Shown here: piece by piece, positions 1-11,681 of the stretch
How positions within the stretch are numbered: the first letter of the stretch is position 1
Layout of the letters: every line of letters begins with the position of its first letter
Source: Williopsis jadinii
Taxonomy: Eukaryota
Direction of reading: 5' to 3'
DNA: 64,000 bases
Assembly: GCA_024346625.1 (NCBI GenBank)
Contig: AP024664.1
Coordinates: forward strand, 868,001 to 932,000
The notes under the pieces: model-generated
Seen by the model: only the letters and a program-made list of their open reading frames with translations
Told to the model about the DNA's origin: nothing
Databases searched by the model: none
Program-made: the position numbers and the translations under genes

Positions 1-1010
1 CCTCAACTGCACAACATGATGCTTGAAAACAGATAAAGCGTAGACGATCCTCGCACTCAGACTGATATAACTTGATGCCACAACCAATATATCCCACTTG
101 CATGTAACCTCTACCACACAATAAGTTGTCGCGTTTTCTGATTATATAGACGAAGATAAAAAAAGAAGTAATACGGAAACATACTGAAGAGAGGATGATC
201 TGAACAATCTGTTTTCTGGTATGCCTAGTATTACATTGCTCTTGTACATGGTTGCAACAAGCAGCATTTTTTCATTACAGAACTTGGTCCAAAAGTGCAT
301 GCATGCGCCCACATACCATTTCTGCAATTGAACTTAAGGCAATAGCTATTGCCGTAGTAATGTTTTTGCAGAACTAATTACCTGGATTGTTGTTTGATTG
401 AATCTCATTTTAATACTTAGCGCCCGCTCTAAAAGATCCAAGGGTGGCAAAGTCAGCTAATGAGTTCTATATTAAGGAATGTAAATATCACTTGTGTTCT
501 GCCAAGCAACGGCGCTCTGAGAATGAAGCGCACCTTCTTGGTTTTGGACCACTCTGTGCAAACTTCAGATATGTCGTGAACTTTTTTGAATTATAGTTAA
601 GATTAGTGGGCTCCCTCAAGCTCACACATGATATGAGAAGTAGTCCAATAACAACCTGACTTTAATACAACCCGAAATGTCAGCTGTTGACCAATAACTG
701 TCGCTCTGAAACCCATAATGTGAAACTGCATCATTAATGGCGTCATCAGGGTATAGTGAATTTTGCATCTTGATAGTCAAACTGCAAGAGAATTGTACTC
801 CGAAGTCTGATACTAACTGCTCCAGGATACTGTACACCATAGTTATTCCGTACGAGAAGTTAAGTACTAGGCTCATGAGGCGATAAGCAGATCCTTGCGT
901 GTACATACTACAGGTACCCAATCCACAAGCAATCCCATGGTCCAAATTAGCACCATCACCAGGACAAAGAGTACCCCCAAACGCAATGTTTATCAGTTAT
1001 GTGTTTACCA
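1..1010 (-). pseudogene. Possible decayed amino-acid permease (YAT/APC family) relic
   Basis: Minus-strand fragments in different frames occur in permease order: INIAFGGTL (TM1-like), AYRLMSLVLNFSYG, GCIKVRLLLDYF, NITTAIAIALSS..GRMHAL, LGIPENRLFRSS. They are broken by stops and frameshifts. Similarity judged by eye only. Confidence 0.3.
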
Positions 1011-1991
1011 AGAAAAGATGAACGGAAAACCTTGAGATGCTGTATCTGATTCGGCGATTACTGGGACAATCAGAGAGAAAAATTTGCCACGGCCTACAAA
1101 TCCACTTCCCTGTGACCGCTTCATAATATGACATGCACTATATATGGATCTTTCTTTGGTTAGAAGGAAATAAGGTTCAACAGTAATGTGCCTGTAATGC
1201 TCGGTAAAAGTTACAACTGAGAATTAAATCAGGCAGTAGCCAAAAGCTTCGCAAACAACTATACCAAAAAATAAAAATAAAACATATCGAGAAGAATGCA
1301 CATATTTTTCTCGCTGTTTCAACCACCACAGCTTTTCATTTCCTGATGCTTGCGTATATATACGATGACTTGGGGGAACCTTCTTAATTCGGTCCAATAC
1401 TTGATGCACAGGTACTGCAGATATGCGTCCTGTCTGCATGGCCCTAAACAACAAAAAGGTAAGGCAAAAGAAATGCACACTATTAAGGTAGATCCCGAAC
1501 GATCAACATTGTACTTTCAACTTCAAAATTCCAAGTGCCAAATAACAAGAAGTCAACAAAGATGATACATCAAAGCTTTTTGTGGACTCTCTTAGCCCGC
1601 TGGAGTTTTCCAGAACAAATTTTGCCCCACAAATCCCCGCCTCAACATACGAATTTGTAACCTTTTGAATAAAGTCATAGGATCATTACATAGACGCACG
1701 AGCTGGGCGCTTTGAAAGAGATGTCATCAGCGGCTAATGGTGTTTATAAAGCCCCCAAAATACCCACAGAAATTCAAACTGGATTTCTTCAGTTTCTATT
1801 TCACCTTCAAATCTTGGGAATTTCCTACTTCCATTTCACACATTTGGCGTCAATCCTTCGTCCTTACTTAGCACAGGTGCTGTTAATATTTGTTACAAAA
1901 AGTTGGTACTGTTACTATCATAGAGGCTGTTCTTCCATTTAACTCTCTGAAGAAGGATACAAAGAACGATATACTATAAACAACGAGGCAC

Positions 1992-2000
1992 GGCGGTTAA
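1992..2000 (+). promoter_or_regulatory. URS1-like element GGCGGTTAA immediately before the RIM4 ATG
   Basis: One mismatch from URS1 GGCGGCTA. The same 9-mer lies at the REC8 start. A second near-URS1, TCAGCGGCTA (1727-1736), precedes TATAAA (1745-1750). Confidence 0.5.
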
Positions 2001-2001
2001 A

Positions 2002-3963
2002 ATGAGTTCAAAGGCACCATTGTTTACAGTTGTGGAAGACATCGAAGGGAACTTGGAGCGTTTGCAGGAGTTTGAAAAGGGCACAGAGTTGGACCCAGAG
2101 TTGGACCCAGGGTACAATGCTGCTGATCTGCTGCCAACTACTTTCAGCTCAAGTGAGGACTCAGAAATGGATTCTGATTCTGATGCTGATGCGGAACTGG
2201 ATCTGTTGGAAGATGATGACAATACAGCAAATGAAACTTTGGAAGCCGTCCCTGCTGGTGAAGAGAAGTCAGAAGACGTATGCTCATTCCGTGGGCGTCC
2301 AAGTTCCTGCGTCTTTGTTGCAAGTCTTGCAGCTGCGTTGTCAGATGATGAGCTATCGGCTTCAGTTACTAAGCATTTCGAAAAGGTATGTTGATTTGGT
2401 TGCTTATCTTTGCAGTCCAAGAAAGTGTTACTAACAAAAATTCAGTGGGGTACCTTGGCTTTGATAAAGGTTCTTCGGGATCCATCCAACAGGCCATATG
2501 CATTTGTTCAATACACTAATGATGCAGATGCAAAAAGAGCACTCAAAGAGGCACAACATACAATACTTAACGGTAGAACAATCCGCTGTGAGCCGGCAAA
2601 AGTTAATCGTACATTGTACATTGCTACTTCCAACGACACTGAAATCAGCTCCAAAGAGGTGATGGATATGCTTGGAAAGTACGGCGAGATTGAACAAGTT
2701 ATAGGTGATAATGACTCAAACTACAAAAAATCCAACTTTAATAGAGCTTGGTTTTGTCAGTTTGCATATAGAGATGATGCTATTAGAGCTTATGCAAACC
2801 TCAGATTGAGCCCAAACTGGATCGTCGAATGGGCCCAGAATATTGAACATCCTTCTGATGGACAAGGTGAGCCTTCTGTTGAGATTGACAAGTGTTCCAT
2901 CTTTGTTGGCCAGTTGGATGGGAAGGTTACCAAAGAGTTATTGGCTGAAAGATTCTCGAATCATGGCAAGGTTGCCGATATTGTTCTTGTTTTGAGAGCT
3001 GGCAACAATTTTGCATTTATCAGGTTTGAAACAGAGCAAGCTGCTGCTGCTGCAGTTGAGAGAGAGAACCATGCAGTTTTCATGGATAAGACTATGCATG
3101 TCCAATATCGTGAGCTTCACCACAAAAAGTCCCGCTTCTCTTCCCAGTCTACGAGATTGAATTTAGCACCTCCTCCTGTAAACTTGCCTGTCAGAAGATC
3201 CAGTACAGGTTCCGGATACTTCAAAGGTCCAATGGGACACTTTACACACATGGGAGGCTCTGGATATCATCGTTCATACTCAACCTCATCATTTGGATCG
3301 AAGGGAAAGTTTTCTGGTAGCCGTTCTCTATCACTCGCAGGAGAGAGAACATCTCATACTCCAAAATTCTTTGCAGGTGCACCACCTTTTGAGCCAGAGT
3401 TTGCAGGTCGTATGTATGCCACCTCTGCAAAGTTTGATGATAACTCATACTCATCAACTGAAAAGCATACACCAGTATCATCACCAAGCAATCAAACAAT
3501 GAACTCCTCTTCGCATGGAGAGGCAAAATCAGTGTTCACAGCTACTTCAGTTTCAGGTACTTCTGAGAATCCAGACCATTCAAGCACAAACTATGCACCA
3601 AAGCATCCTCACAGAAGAAGTATGTCACATATGATCCCATCGCCAAGTTCTGCACATATGGTTCCTCCTCCATACTATTACTACGCGTATCCTGAAGATT
3701 GCATGATGCAACAATACGATGGAAAGTTACAGTCGTACGTTCCGTATGTCCCTTTCCCTTACTATCCAGAGAGCAGCTTTGTAGGGTACCCACCCCAACC
3801 TCCAACAGGTCTGCTTCCTGGAATGATTCCACCAGGACCACCATACATGTATTATGGAATTCCTCCAGTTGTTCCTAATGCGGGCGATGATCATGGGAAA
3901 ACACAACCATTGGAAAATTCCGCCCTTTCTGCTTCAAAACACGAAGAAGAACTCGATTATTGA
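2002..3963 (+). CDS. RIM4: Meiotic RRM RNA-binding translational repressor Rim4; join(2002..2385,2446..3963), 633 aa
   Basis: RGRPSSCVFVASLAAALSDDEL..KVLRD..NRPYAFVQY matches Rim4 RRM1; three RRMs plus a low-complexity tail. Intron 2386-2445: GTATGT donor, TACTAAC at 2429-2435, CAG acceptor; joins in frame (KHFEK|WGTL). Confidence 0.92.
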
Positions 3964-4370
3964 ACTTATAATTTTTTTTTTCTTTGAAGCAGAAATCATT
4001 GCTAATTTATCCTATCCTTATTCGTTGCAGAGTTGTTAAAAGGAAATAACAACGAAAATTCAGTTCTCGACCATGGTTGATCGATTTAATCAAGATTTCA
4101 AAGCTTTACATCATGACCCATTGTCAATCCAATGATCAATTCATGTTCATTTTTTATCTTCTTCTCTTATCCCTGGGTTCTTCTTTGTTGTTCAAATATG
4201 ACACGTTGTTTGAACAGTCCCCAAATGTTTCTTCTTCTGGTAATGATATACTAGCTTCTAGTCTTATTATTTTACTAATGTTCTTTATGATTGCATATAA
4301 TTGACCATGCGTTTATGGATGAAGCTACTTGTACAAGACAATTCCCTGCTTATAGCTTTATTATCACTAA

Positions 4371-6063
4371 TTAGTACTTTTTAAACCTCCGTGAACCAGG
4401 TCTCTTTGACGCGTATTTGCGTTGGTTCTTTCCAGATATGTTACCCAGGTTATTTGTTGGCCTCATAGCTCCAAATTTCTGCTTTTTGGCTTTGATATTA
4501 TGCTTAGGCATCTGCGGTACGTGCTGTTTTGGTGACGAAGGATTGACAGCTCCTATCGAATGCAGTGGTTTCCTGTCCTTATCAGCTGTATGTTTTGGTG
4601 ATTGATTGACATCCAACTTCGTAGATACCGGTTTGGTAGCAGGTGAGGACGATGCGTTGGACTGTTGTAAGGCCTTCAAAGGAGTTGGTTTTTTGATGTT
4701 ATCCTTATGTGTGAGACGAGTGTAAATCAAATAGTATGCTGACGAGTCCTTCAAGGCCTGCTTTTCAGATATTGGATTGATGTACTCATCGTCATACGTA
4801 GCCCATGTTCCGTCAGGTTGACGACAATGTGCAATGTAATGACCAGATGATACAGAGCGACCGGCATGTACAACAACAGAGATGAGTTGATACAGGACAG
4901 GTTCTGCCCTTGTGGTATACTGTGACAGATCCAATATCAAAGGGTACGACACTCCTTGCTTGACCTTGGACGATGATGATCCGTTAAATCTGAACCTTTT
5001 CAAATGAACGGCCAGTGTCTCTGGAGCACGATCAATACTGGAAATCTTGATTGCATTGGTACGTTGCTTACACTTCTCGCAGACATAGCCACTCTTCGTA
5101 TCAGATCTATCGGGTTTGATCAGCTCTGGCGAGAAGAAGTCTCTGATTGACTTTTGTATGGAGTATCTCTGAGAAGGTTGATCCGCGTCCTCCTGTGTAT
5201 TGTCATTGCTATTAGAATTCTTCCTGGTGGACCCCAAGTGAAGTGACAAATCGTAAAACTCCTGCTGTGTCTTTGAAACATGGCCACAGCTTTTACACGT
5301 CACGGATTGATTCAGCAATCCTCCAAAGATGTCGTAGATTATACTTTCATTCAGCTTGTGTCCCTTTGGCGTTGAGTCCTCTTGCAATCTTGATAGTAAC
5401 GACATGAAGTATTCATGAGAATCCTCTTGTTGCCACTCTGACATCATGCAATTGATATCGTCTAACCTTGAAACCAACTTCTTTGGATTGATATACTTTG
5501 CACTTCTCTTCTTATCTGGGTTCCACATTCTGACAGAGGTTTCAGCCAACACATGGCTCACAGATCTTTGACTGATCGTGTCCTTGTACTTATTCTTGTA
5601 AATATCGTTCAGATAGTGTTGCACTGCTGGGATGTGAACCATTGCCTGGACTGCAGCATTAGCATAACAGGTGACTCCGTGGTTCAAGAGTCCCACAGGT
5701 TTCTGCAATTGGAGATTGACACCCCAGTTTTTGACAATACGCTGTGAATGGTTTGAACCTCTATCGTTGGCGATTTCGTTTATCTGATAAAAGTCATCCA
5801 GTTTGGATCGCTTATCCACGTCTGTTGATCCGTTTGGATCGCCTGTCACTTTATCCTCCTCGCTATCGGATTCAGGTGTCGTTGGTGGTGTGCTGCTAGT
5901 AGCTTTGCTGTGCAAATCTTTCTTCAGCAGTTCATTCTCATCTTCTTGTGATTCAGAAGCGCAAGGTGAATCTGGTGATTGTGACGATTCTCTGGACTCA
6001 GATGATTCAGATGTGGATTCCTCTTGGGTGTTTGTCTGTGCCTCGTTATAATCTTCGTCATCG

Positions 6064-6095
<32 letters not shown>

Positions 6096-6725
6096 ATCAT
6101 CATTGCTATTGCCATCCCCAGTATCTTCTTCAGAAGCTGTAGACGCAGCAGGGGATTCATCACTGTTCTCCGAAGGAAACTGCTCATAAACCTTCTTACT
6201 CACCAAGTTGCGCGGAAATGGCTGAGCATCTTCGCTTGACTCTCTTGATTCTTCAGCTTGATAAGATTCTTCATCATCGGCACTCAGCGCCTCCTCATCT
6301 TCATTGGAAGCTTGTGCTGTCTCATCCTCACCCTCCAGAGATTCTCCAACGTCCTCATCGTTCTCGCTTTGAGCCAAAACGCTCTCCACCTTCAGCTTCT
6401 TTCTCTTCGACTTGCTCAACTTGCCATCATCATCATCTAAAACGCGCTTCCCTGTGTAGCCAGCAATGGCATGTGCCAAAGACCGCGGCCGTGGCTTACT
6501 CTCATCGTCATTCGCAGGCTTTGCAGAGCCCAACAAAGGCCGCTGGTGTTGCTGTTGCCCTGCCCGTTCAGGCACGAGCTCTTTGGAATGTGAAGCGCCT
6601 ATTTTGATGTAACTTGACGGTCTGTTTGTATGGGTCTCTTGATACTTTGCCGGTATAAAACGAAGCGGATCGGCAAGAATCCTCTGAACTAACGGCGTGA
6701 TGCTATCTTTAACAACTTCGCCCAT
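4371..6725 (-). CDS. UBP10: Ubiquitin-specific protease Ubp10 (USP36-like), 784 aa
   Basis: Cys box GLLNHGVTCYANA, QQEDSHEY, His box VVHAGRSVSSGHY, acidic disordered N-terminus. Lies near SWT21 and MRPL19, as in S. cerevisiae (YNL185-187). Confidence 0.92.
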
Positions 6726-6755
6726 TGGAGTTCAAAAACACACAGGCAAAGTCAC

Positions 6756-6801
6756 CACACACACACACACACACACACGCACGCACAAGCACACACACAC
6801 A
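6756..6801. repeat. (CA)n microsatellite in the UBP10 5' region
   Basis: Interrupted CACACA run visible in the sequence. Confidence 0.9.
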
Positions 6802-7508
6802 GCGAAAATAAAACTGTCTTGTAAGTAGTAGTGAACGCCTTTACGGTCAAAACCTCTTTTCACACTAAACAAAAAAGAGTGTGTGAGAGCACGATTTGGT
6901 GGATTTCACTTAGAATTCCGTAGCCTGCAAAGAACGGTTACCAATACGCTCAACAACAACCTTTTCCTTGTCTGTGGAGCCTTAAAACGTGAGGAACAAA
7001 GCTCTTGTGTCGAAAGTGTTTGCCCGTCTGTTCGTTTGACTGGCACTGCTGTCCGTCTTCCGTAGGCAAAGCAAAGAAGGTCCAACTCCAGCGGGAAAAA
7101 AAAATTTAGGCCAAAAGCTGCGAGAAGAAAAAGACAAAAAATTTAGGCAATGGCGATGCGATCGATTTGCGCCAGGCCAGAAAACAATTGATACGCGCAC
7201 GCACCAATAACCACCAAAAATGTCGTGGAATTACTACGGGAAGATGATACGGGTGTGGGCGTTTTCAGCTGTGCTTGTTATATTGTCTGATCTTGTGGAG
7301 AAGCACGATGGAGCAACAAGTCGAGAGCCGGTCGCTGGCTTTTGCTGGTTTTTTGCTGGTTTATTTTTCCTCGGATGGTTCCGATCTTGCACTGCTTTCT
7401 GTAGAGAAAAAGACCCCAAAAAGAAAAAAATAGTGCGAGTTTGCGGAACAAAGTTTTGTTTCTTTTTCATGGGAAAATCTCAAGACGCGTCTGTGATTAC
7501 ATAATCAC

Positions 7509-7521
7509 ACACCCGGACACC
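7509..7521 (+). promoter_or_regulatory. Rap1-type site ACACCCGGACACC
   Basis: Resembles the RPG box ACACCCRYACAY; related motifs recur in other intergenic regions. Confidence 0.5.
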
Positions 7522-7700
7522 ACCGGCTTTCTCCCACCTGCCAGTGATGCACACCTCTGCTACCGGGATCCAGGACATCACCCTTTCTCAACGGGACCTG
7601 TCCCGTGGAGGCAGGGGCAAAGTTCGGTATACAAGAGCTGCATCCGTTGCGAATGAATAATCCAATTCACTTGAACTTGAGGCCATCACGGTGAGGCACA

Positions 7701-9353
7701 ATGTCAATTCAAACCAATCCGGACGATTACAGAAAGGATGCGTTCTTCATATCGAATTTTTGCAACAAGCTGAACGAAATACACCTACACAGGGGCGATG
7801 ACACTCCACTCGATTCAAGAGAAGTTGACATGAACGATTTACTCTCGCAGCCCTTGGATGAAAGATCAAGGAACCTGTACGATCGAATGGTCACTGATAA
7901 TGCAGAGGCGATGCTGAAGTCGTCGAAACCATGGACCAGAGATGCCAATTATTTCCAGCACGTTCACGTTTCTTCTCTGGCGTTGATGAAGATGACTCTT
8001 CATGCCCAATCTGGGGGCTCCATAGAGATTATGGGTATGCTCACGGGCAAGATCGTGCGAAACGGTATTGTTGTTATGGACGTGTATCCCTTGCCAGTTG
8101 AAGGCACAGAAACAAGAGTGAATGCTCAGGCAGAAGGGTATGAGTTCATGGTTCAGTATTTGGATTCTTTGAGGTCAAGTGGCCGGTACGAGAACATCGT
8201 TGGCTGGTACCATTCCCATCCCGGATACGGTTGCTGGCTATCAGGAATTGACGTTGGTACACAGTCATTGAACCAGCAGTTCCAGGACCCTTATCTGGCA
8301 ATAGTTGTTGATCCAATGAGAACACTGACTGATGGCAAAGTTGAGATTGGAGCGTTCAGAACTTATACTGAAGAGTATATAAAGGCCAACATGGGTAGTA
8401 ATGCAACTGGACCTACTAATACCACTACCACCAACACAGCTTCAAACATCACCACCACTATTGCTACTGGTAATAATGCCATCACCAGAGCAGGTGCCAC
8501 TGGGTCATGTACCAACAGCAGTTTCACGGGCTCCTCGTTATTCGGGTCAAACGACAAATCGAAGAAGAAAGATGTCATTGCTTCAAGTCATATACCACAG
8601 GAAAAGGCCAAGGACTTTGGCATGCACTCTTCAAAGTACTATTCCTTATCGATACACGTTTTCAGATCAAACATTGATCATATGATCTTATCCAATCTGT
8701 GGAACAAATTCTGGATCTCCCAGGTTGTTGGACCAATAGATCTCCAGGAACAACGATCAAGGCTCCTAGAGTTCGTGGACACCAGATTGGAGACGCTGGA
8801 GAAGAGAAGTGCACTCTTGAAGAAGCCAACTTCAAGATTCGACCTCGCACCGTCAACCAGAAATCCCATCCAAGTGGAACTTGCTGCCTTGCAAAGACGC
8901 CACGTTCCCATGCCCCAAGGGATAACCTCACTACGAGAACTAGCTCAAACGATGAATTCATCTCCTTCTCAGCTGTTTGGATCGCAGCTGTCTCCGTTCT
9001 CCAGGGCAAACCTCTTGTCGAAGATGAAGGAAAAGGAAATGGACACGGATGACTCCGATACCGACATGAGAGACGACGTGGATCCATCGGTGGACTCGGA
9101 CTCGGAATCCAGAATGGACGATGAGAGCGTCACTTCGCCCAACAAAGTATCCTCCATCACCCAGCCCAATGAAGGCCCAGCTCCACATACACGGACATCC
9201 ACCTCCGTAGGTTATGGACAGCAGCAGATCACCCAGGATCTCGAAAATATCCGTAAAAGAGAGGTCAATACTGCCATCATGGCCACCTCTGCAGAAGCAA
9301 GCAGGATGCTGTTGAATCTCAAGCTCCAGAAAATGGTATTCCTAAACGAATGA
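7701..9353 (+). CDS. RRI1: COP9 signalosome catalytic subunit Csn5/Rri1 (JAMM deneddylase), 550 aa
   Basis: LPVEGTETRVNAQ and the JAMM motif GWYHSHPGYGCWLSGIDV; Thr/Asn-rich insert and long C-terminal tail. Confidence 0.93.
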   Translation: MSIQTNPDDYRKDAFFISNFCNKLNEIHLHRGDDTPLDSREVDMNDLLSQPLDERSRNLYDRMVTDNAEAMLKSSKPWTRDANYFQHVHVSSLALMKMTLHAQSGGSIEIMGMLTGKIVRNGIVVMDVYPLPVEGTETRVNAQAEGYEFMVQYLDSLRSSGRYENIVGWYHSHPGYGCWLSGIDVGTQSLNQQFQDPYLAIVVDPMRTLTDGKVEIGAFRTYTEEYIKANMGSNATGPTNTTTTNTASNITTTIATGNNAITRAGATGSCTNSSFTGSSLFGSNDKSKKKDVIASSHIPQEKAKDFGMHSSKYYSLSIHVFRSNIDHMILSNLWNKFWISQVVGPIDLQEQRSRLLEFVDTRLETLEKRSALLKKPTSRFDLAPSTRNPIQVELAALQRRHVPMPQGITSLRELAQTMNSSPSQLFGSQLSPFSRANLLSKMKEKEMDTDDSDTDMRDDVDPSVDSDSESRMDDESVTSPNKVSSITQPNEGPAPHTRTSTSVGYGQQQITQDLENIRKREVNTAIMATSAEASRMLLNLKLQKMVFLNE

Positions 9354-9508
9354 AGACGATAGTTGTTCTCATTATAGTGTTGATGATGTGTAGTGGTTAA
9401 CCCCGAGGGCCAATACAAGGCTGAAAAATAATTTCAAGAAAACTTTCAACACTTAATCCCCATGAAGTAGCGAGTATTAAACATTAGTTGATCCTTGTAA
9501 ATGGCCGG

Positions 9509-10639
9509 ATGGAACTGAGGACACTGGCTTCAACTAATGAGACTTTCTACTCCGAGCCCAGTTGTGTTGAAGATGATCTTTACCGGAGACTCAGTGCGGA
9601 GCAGTCAGACTATACGTATCCTTGTCTTCAGAGACCAATAGACCCAAACAGTAACAACGCAAGTCAGCCAGTGATAACATCCCAGCTTGAATGGCTGCCT
9701 GATTCGTCTGCGTTACTGACCGTATCTTCTGACAGGGGCATAAGGACGTATATCCCACCACAGACGTTGCTGGATCAACCTGTGGATCAACTTATGGCGT
9801 ACACAAGATCATTCCTACCGTCCATAACGACAACATGTATACATCCACAGTCTTCATTATACACCGGCATCGTGCCGATTGTCATCAGTGGATTAGAAGT
9901 CCCACTGAAGCTGTACAACGTCATTCCCGATGAGAAGGGACGGCTACGGCCGTTAAGAGTGTTTAACAACTCTCATCCTCAAACTGAAAAGTATTACAAG
10001 ACCTCATGTCTTAGGTTTTTAAACGAAAGAACCATCCTCAGCGGGGGCTCGAGGCGGATACAGATGTTTGACATCGAAAGGTCCGACCCAATTGGCGAAT
10101 TGGACCGAGTGAGTGGGATCGTGAGCGCAATGACCCCTACAACCTCGGAGTTTGTTACAGACGGATGGTGGTGTGGTTCGTGGAACGGATCAGTTTCTCT
10201 GTATTCCAACAATGGAGAACAAATCAGCCAGACCAAGCTCCCACATGGAGTATTCCAGATCCTGGAAAGCGACAATGACAAGTACATCTACGTGATTCCA
10301 CGACAAGATGACCATATCCAAGTATTGGATGTACGGATGGATCTCGCACCAGTCTGTTCCTTGGACCAGTTCAAGTCCTCTGCACAGAGAATAACAGCAA
10401 CTGTCTTACCAAATGGCCAGGGCTTGCTCACGGGTACCACGAGAGGCACCATCAACCACTACTATGACTCTGAGGTCGGGATCAACGCGCTGAGATCTAC
10501 CGAAACATCGTGCTTCCCAGTGCCACACGTTTCAGCACACTCACAGGAGCCCGGAATCGTCGCCTACTCGGTTGGCGACAGGTCCACACTCAAGCCACAT
10601 GTCACCATAGCAAGTCTCACGCCAGACGAAACCATTTGA
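9509..10639 (+). CDS. SWT21: WD40 protein Swt21 (TCAB1/WRAP53 family)
   Basis: W.PD.S.LLTVS.D.GIR.Y signature and WD-like repeats. First in-frame ATG at 9509. Synteny with UBP10 and MRPL19. Confidence 0.75.
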   Translation: MELRTLASTNETFYSEPSCVEDDLYRRLSAEQSDYTYPCLQRPIDPNSNNASQPVITSQLEWLPDSSALLTVSSDRGIRTYIPPQTLLDQPVDQLMAYTRSFLPSITTTCIHPQSSLYTGIVPIVISGLEVPLKLYNVIPDEKGRLRPLRVFNNSHPQTEKYYKTSCLRFLNERTILSGGSRRIQMFDIERSDPIGELDRVSGIVSAMTPTTSEFVTDGWWCGSWNGSVSLYSNNGEQISQTKLPHGVFQILESDNDKYIYVIPRQDDHIQVLDVRMDLAPVCSLDQFKSSAQRITATVLPNGQGLLTGTTRGTINHYYDSEVGINALRSTETSCFPVPHVSAHSQEPGIVAYSVGDRSTLKPHVTIASLTPDETI

Positions 10640-10849
10640 CACATATTTGACCTTCAATAGCAGTAGCAAGACACAACGTAGCGAGCGATGGGCACCAGGC
10701 CCATCTCTCTAGCCTGTTTAGGAAATATTCGCGGCCTTTGACCACACTGTGCTGAAAAGTTTTGATGGACGGTGATTTTCACAAACAACATCAACACAAC
10801 ACCGGAGCCTCATATTCGCAGCAAAGAAACATAGAAAAAAAGGGCAATT

Positions 10850-11302
10850 ATGGCCAGTCGTGGTGGAGCAGTGAAGAACATCTTCGTGAAGCTCATCGTG
10901 GGTGCCGGGCAAGCAGCCCCAACGCCTCCGGTGGGCCCTGCGCTGGGTTCCAAGGGTGTTAAGGCCATTGACTTCTGCAAAGAGTTCAACGCCAGAACCG
11001 CTTCGTACGCCCCGGGCGTTCCAATCCCAGTGGCGCTTATCGTGAAGCCAGACAGAAGCTTCACGTTCGAGCTCAAGTCGCCGCCAACGGGCTACTTGCT
11101 GCTGAGAGCCGCCGGCATCGAGAAAGGAGCCGCCGAAGTTGGCCCAGGCAAGCCGTTTGCAGGCGAAATCTCGCTCAAACACGTCTATGAGATTGCGAAG
11201 ATCAAGAAGACCGACGATAGACACAAGGCCATCGAGATGGAGAACATCGTCAAGGGCGTCATTGCGACGGCAAAGAGCATGGGCATCAACGTGGTGGTAT
11301 GA
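10850..11302 (+). CDS. MRPL19: Mitochondrial ribosomal protein uL11m, 150 aa
   Basis: [37 protein letters not shown], the L11 signature. Confidence 0.95.
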   Translation: MASRGGAVKNIFVKLIVGAGQAAPTPPVGPALGSKGVKAIDFCKEFNARTASYAPGVPIPVALIVKPDRSFTFELKSPPTGYLLLRAAGIEKGAAEVGPGKPFAGEISLKHVYEIAKIKKTDDRHKAIEMENIVKGVIATAKSMGINVVV

Positions 11303-11681
11303 ATGTGGTGGTATGAATGTGGCGAACGTGTGTGTATATAGCACAATTATGAAAACAGTAAAATAAATGTACATAGATGAATGTTTTGATGTTTTTGTGT
11401 CGAGTAATCGCTTGAGGATGTGTTGTGTTGATGATGTAGAAAGGGGAAAAACGCTTAGATGAACTACTTTGTTTGGCGTGGGAACCGCCATATGGTTCCG
11501 CCCAGTTGCCGAATTCAGTATAACTCCCGGCTGTGAACAAATAATGGCCCATCTATTGCAAATAAGTGCAATGGTGAGCAAGCCCGAGATGTGTGCTGGT
11601 GCCAGAGGGTATAAATACAGAGAGGGCGCTAGAAGAGCCCGCCCTTGGTGAAGTGTTGCTGGTGTGTGCAATATTGAACCA

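Noticed and set aside
9378..9425. TGATGA...CTGA possible C/D snoRNA, or a tRNA A-box-like TAGTGGTTA
   Set aside because: Too short (~45 nt), no terminal stem, no B-box or cloverleaf.
10718..11671. 317-aa minus-strand ORF
   Set aside because: Antisense to MRPL19 and runs through intergenic DNA; no protein-like features.
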